A stretch of DNA of 64,000 nucleotides from a bacterium (GTDB lineage Bacteria; RBG-13-61-14; DATKZS01), in NCBI GenBank assembly GCA_963674965.2, contig CAXXFL010000007.1:608001-672000 (forward strand). Reading direction: 5' to 3'. Below are positions 61,502-64,000 of this stretch, piece by piece. A program made the translations under genes and the position numbers. Under the pieces are notes generated by a model that searched no databases, was not told the origin of the DNA, and saw only the letters and a program-made list of their open reading frames with translations. Position 1 is the stretch's first letter; the number at the start of each line of letters is the position of its first letter.

Positions 61502-62818
61502 TCACTTTTTGGAGGGGTAGGTCATCTTCTGCCATTTCTTGTCTTTTTTGTACTCCTCGATGGGCCTTTCGCAGTATGGGTAGTCCATACCCTGCTCGTA
61601 TTCCTCGGCGGTGATGAGCCGGCAGGTGGGATCGTTCTTGCACCTGTTGATATCGACGGTGTGGCTGACTCCCTCGATTTCCCAAGAGCCGTACCTGCTG
61701 GTGAAGACCCTGTCGCCGATGGCCATTTCCCTCAGCGCGTCGGTCACCAGGCAGGTACTGGTCTTGGTCTTGGGCTCGAGCACGACGATGGTCCCGAGGA
61801 TTTTCTCGGGTATCCTTATCTTGCTCTCGGTGATCTCGTCGATGATGATCTCGCAAGGCTCGTAGACCACGAAGGAATTTCCGCGCATGACGCCGTCCTC
61901 CGCCCCCACGTCGATGTAGACCACGTCGTTCTCGCCGATAATCTTGGTTCCGGTTTTGTCGGCCACTATATAGGCGTGAAGCTGTTCGAGCTCGGCCCCC
62001 ACCAGCTCGACGTCCCTGCCCAGGGGCTGGTAATAGGGCGTGATATAATCGCCCGTCCGGGCCTCCTGGTAGGAATTCTCGATGATTCCCTCCGACACGT
62101 CGATCTCGGGCTTGGTGATGACCATCTCGCCCAGGTTCTCGAACTGGTAGCCGATAAGCTCGCCGGTCACGGGATGGGTGACCTTGATGAAGTCTCCCGT
62201 TGACAGGTCCTCCTTGATGCGGAAGAGGCTGTAGCGGTCCCCTGGCTCGACCCGGTCAACCTTGCCCACGTCCACGTATATTATGTCGTTCTCGCCGAGC
62301 AGGGCCTTCCTGTCCCGGTTGTCCACGATCTTGCCGGCCTTCTCCAGTTCCTCGAGTCCGATAAAGCCGGTGCTGGAGTGGGTGGGATAAATGATTTTAG
62401 GCCGTCGGCCGTAAGCCCCGACGCTGGAGCTGTCCGCCCCCATGTCATAGGCCGGCCTCTCGATGAGTCCCTCCGGATAGATATAGAGAATGTCGCCCGG
62501 GAAGATAAGGTGAGGATTTATGATAAAGGAATTCCTCTCCCATATCTTGGGCCAGTAATAGTTGCTGTTAAGATAGCGGCCCGCTATGTCCCACATGGTG
62601 TCGCCCGTCTGGACCACGTAGGCCAGGCGCTTTACCTGTCCCTCCTGTATCCAGATCAGCCCCATGGTTTCAAGGTCCGCGGTCGGGTCCTTGATCGTTA
62701 CCTCTCCGTCCGTCGCCAGGTCCGGCGCCGTGTCCTGGGCGCCGCCGCCGCCGGCAAAACCGATAAGCGCCATCATTATCAATCCGATGAGCGCCTTTTT
62801 TCCGCTTCCCCTTTTCAT
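61502..62818 (-). CDS. Exported LysM domain protein
   Basis: YVVQTGDTMWDIA..WPKIW..NPHLIFPGD. Confidence 0.88.
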   Translation of the reverse strand: MKRGSGKKALIGLIMMALIGFAGGGGAQDTAPDLATDGEVTIKDPTADLETMGLIWIQEGQVKRLAYVVQTGDTMWDIAGRYLNSNYYWPKIWERNSFIINPHLIFPGDILYIYPEGLIERPAYDMGADSSSVGAYGRRPKIIYPTHSSTGFIGLEELEKAGKIVDNRDRKALLGENDIIYVDVGKVDRVEPGDRYSLFRIKEDLSTGDFIKVTHPVTGELIGYQFENLGEMVITKPEIDVSEGIIENSYQEARTGDYITPYYQPLGRDVELVGAELEQLHAYIVADKTGTKIIGENDVVYIDVGAEDGVMRGNSFVVYEPCEIIIDEITESKIRIPEKILGTIVVLEPKTKTSTCLVTDALREMAIGDRVFTSRYGSWEIEGVSHTVDINRCKNDPTCRLITAEEYEQGMDYPYCERPIEEYKKDKKWQKMTYPSKK

Positions 62819-62843
62819 CTTGGACCCTCCTTCGCTTTTCAAC

Positions 62844-63788
62844 TTATTGGCAACACTCTTTCAGCTTCGCGTCGGCCTTGTTGGACGCCTCGCTGAACGG
62901 ATAAAGCAGCTTTACTTCCCTGAACGACTCGGACGCCGCGGTGGGCCGGCCAAGCTCCAGGTGACAAAGTCCTATCTTGTAAAGAGACTCGGCGGCCGCC
63001 TCGCTGGCGGGGTGGCGCTCCGTCACTATCGAGTAAACGTCCTTGGCCCGGGAGTAGTCGCCGTTGGCGAAGTGGTCCTCCCCTAGCCAGAAGGCCACTC
63101 TGTCCTCGTTGGCCCCGCCGCCGTGGTTTTTAAGGTAATCCTCCATAAGGGGGCGGGCCTGGCCGGAGTCGCCGCTCTCGATCTTTTCCTTGATCGACTG
63201 GTAGGCGGCCGACTCGCCGGGCGAGGAAACCGGCTCGGGCGCGGGCGCCTGGGCCGGGGCGGACGAGTAAGAGGAGATGTTCTCCGATTTGACGCCATTG
63301 TTGCTCGAGACCGGCATGGCCATGGTTTCCGCCGGGTCGGGCAGGGGAACGTAGTTGGTCCCCGGCAGGGGCGAACTCGACCTGGGGCTCTCGATTAGAG
63401 AGGCGGACGAGTCGCTGGAGTGGGCGATGATCAGCTTGCCCTTGGGCCTGGTGGTCGCGGGCTGGGCTCCCTCGGGCTTGAGCCTGACCACGTCCAACCC
63501 CGGCAGGTTGGGGGGAGGAGCGCTCGAGGCGAAGTCGTTCATCTCGTAGCTCGAGCCGGAGGAAAATCCGCTGGTCCCGTTAAGGCGCGCCGTGAGAAGC
63601 TCGACCTTGGTGCTCAGGTCGGCCACCTGCTTTCTGAGCTCGGCGTTTTGTTTCTCGAGTATCTCGAGTCTCTCGAGCACGTCGTTTTTCGAGGATTTGG
63701 TGGGTTTAAAGGGATTGGCTCCCATGGAGAGAATGGAAGCGGTCACGACAACCGCAACCACCGCCGCTCGGTTTGTATATCGCATCAT
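62844..63788 (-). CDS. CpoB/YbgF-like coiled-coil + TPR protein
   Basis: Signal, coiled coil, linker, TPR (AFWLGE, SLYKIG, YPFSEA). Confidence 0.75.
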   Translation of the reverse strand: MMRYTNRAAVVAVVVTASILSMGANPFKPTKSSKNDVLERLEILEKQNAELRKQVADLSTKVELLTARLNGTSGFSSGSSYEMNDFASSAPPPNLPGLDVVRLKPEGAQPATTRPKGKLIIAHSSDSSASLIESPRSSSPLPGTNYVPLPDPAETMAMPVSSNNGVKSENISSYSSAPAQAPAPEPVSSPGESAAYQSIKEKIESGDSGQARPLMEDYLKNHGGGANEDRVAFWLGEDHFANGDYSRAKDVYSIVTERHPASEAAAESLYKIGLCHLELGRPTAASESFREVKLLYPFSEASNKADAKLKECCQ

Positions 63789-63872
63789 TTTCCGCCTCCG
63801 CTGTCGCTTCCACATTGACGGCCCCAGGGCCGTCGCGCTTACCAACTTTTACGAATACAGTCGATTGATATA

Positions 63873-63902
63873 ATTATACTTAATTTAGTGGCCCATTGTC
63901 AA
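63873..63902 (-). promoter_or_regulatory. Sigma70 promoter TTGACA-N18-TATAAT
   Basis: Perfect hexamers upstream of the CpoB-like/LysM genes. Confidence 0.75.
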
Positions 63903-64000
63903 GTAAATTAATAACTTCCGTAATCGGGTCGTTTTTCGGTCCCCATTTTCCCTGGGCCGCGGGGAAAATGATGGCTTCAATAACGGCCCTTTTCCCTTAT

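Overview
GC-rich bacterial chromosomal window. Its gene order (surE-pcm-yqaA-LOG-nlpD-apt; dCMP deaminase-nrdR-ribD-ribE) resembles deltaproteobacterial-type genomes; that lineage call is an inference. It also encodes large secreted mosaic proteins (gingipain-like C25 peptidase, multiheme cytochrome c with Ca-binding repeats, LVIVD protein, GH47 mannosidase), an orphan sigma28-driven flagellin, two histidine kinases, three stand-alone receivers, a Ser/Thr kinase-WD40 protein and three tandem paralogous membrane-anchored proteins. Mobile DNA: an internally deleted group IIC intron, a 38-nt intron 3' remnant, a RAYT with inverted flanks, a REP/MITE-like hairpin, and two IS elements that both interrupt one SIR2-family gene. 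The best candidate for an undescribed system is at 36942-37277: three tandem units, each an ECF/sigmaE-type promoter, a conserved seed antisense to start-codon/RBS-like sequence, and an intrinsic terminator, i.e. a probable sibling-sRNA array. A second candidate is a self-contained unit at 860-1301 (sigma70 promoter, ATT-initiated 68-aa ORF, 127-nt structured RNA, U-tract). No rRNA, tRNA or CRISPR array was seen. All family calls come from motif recognition, not database searches.
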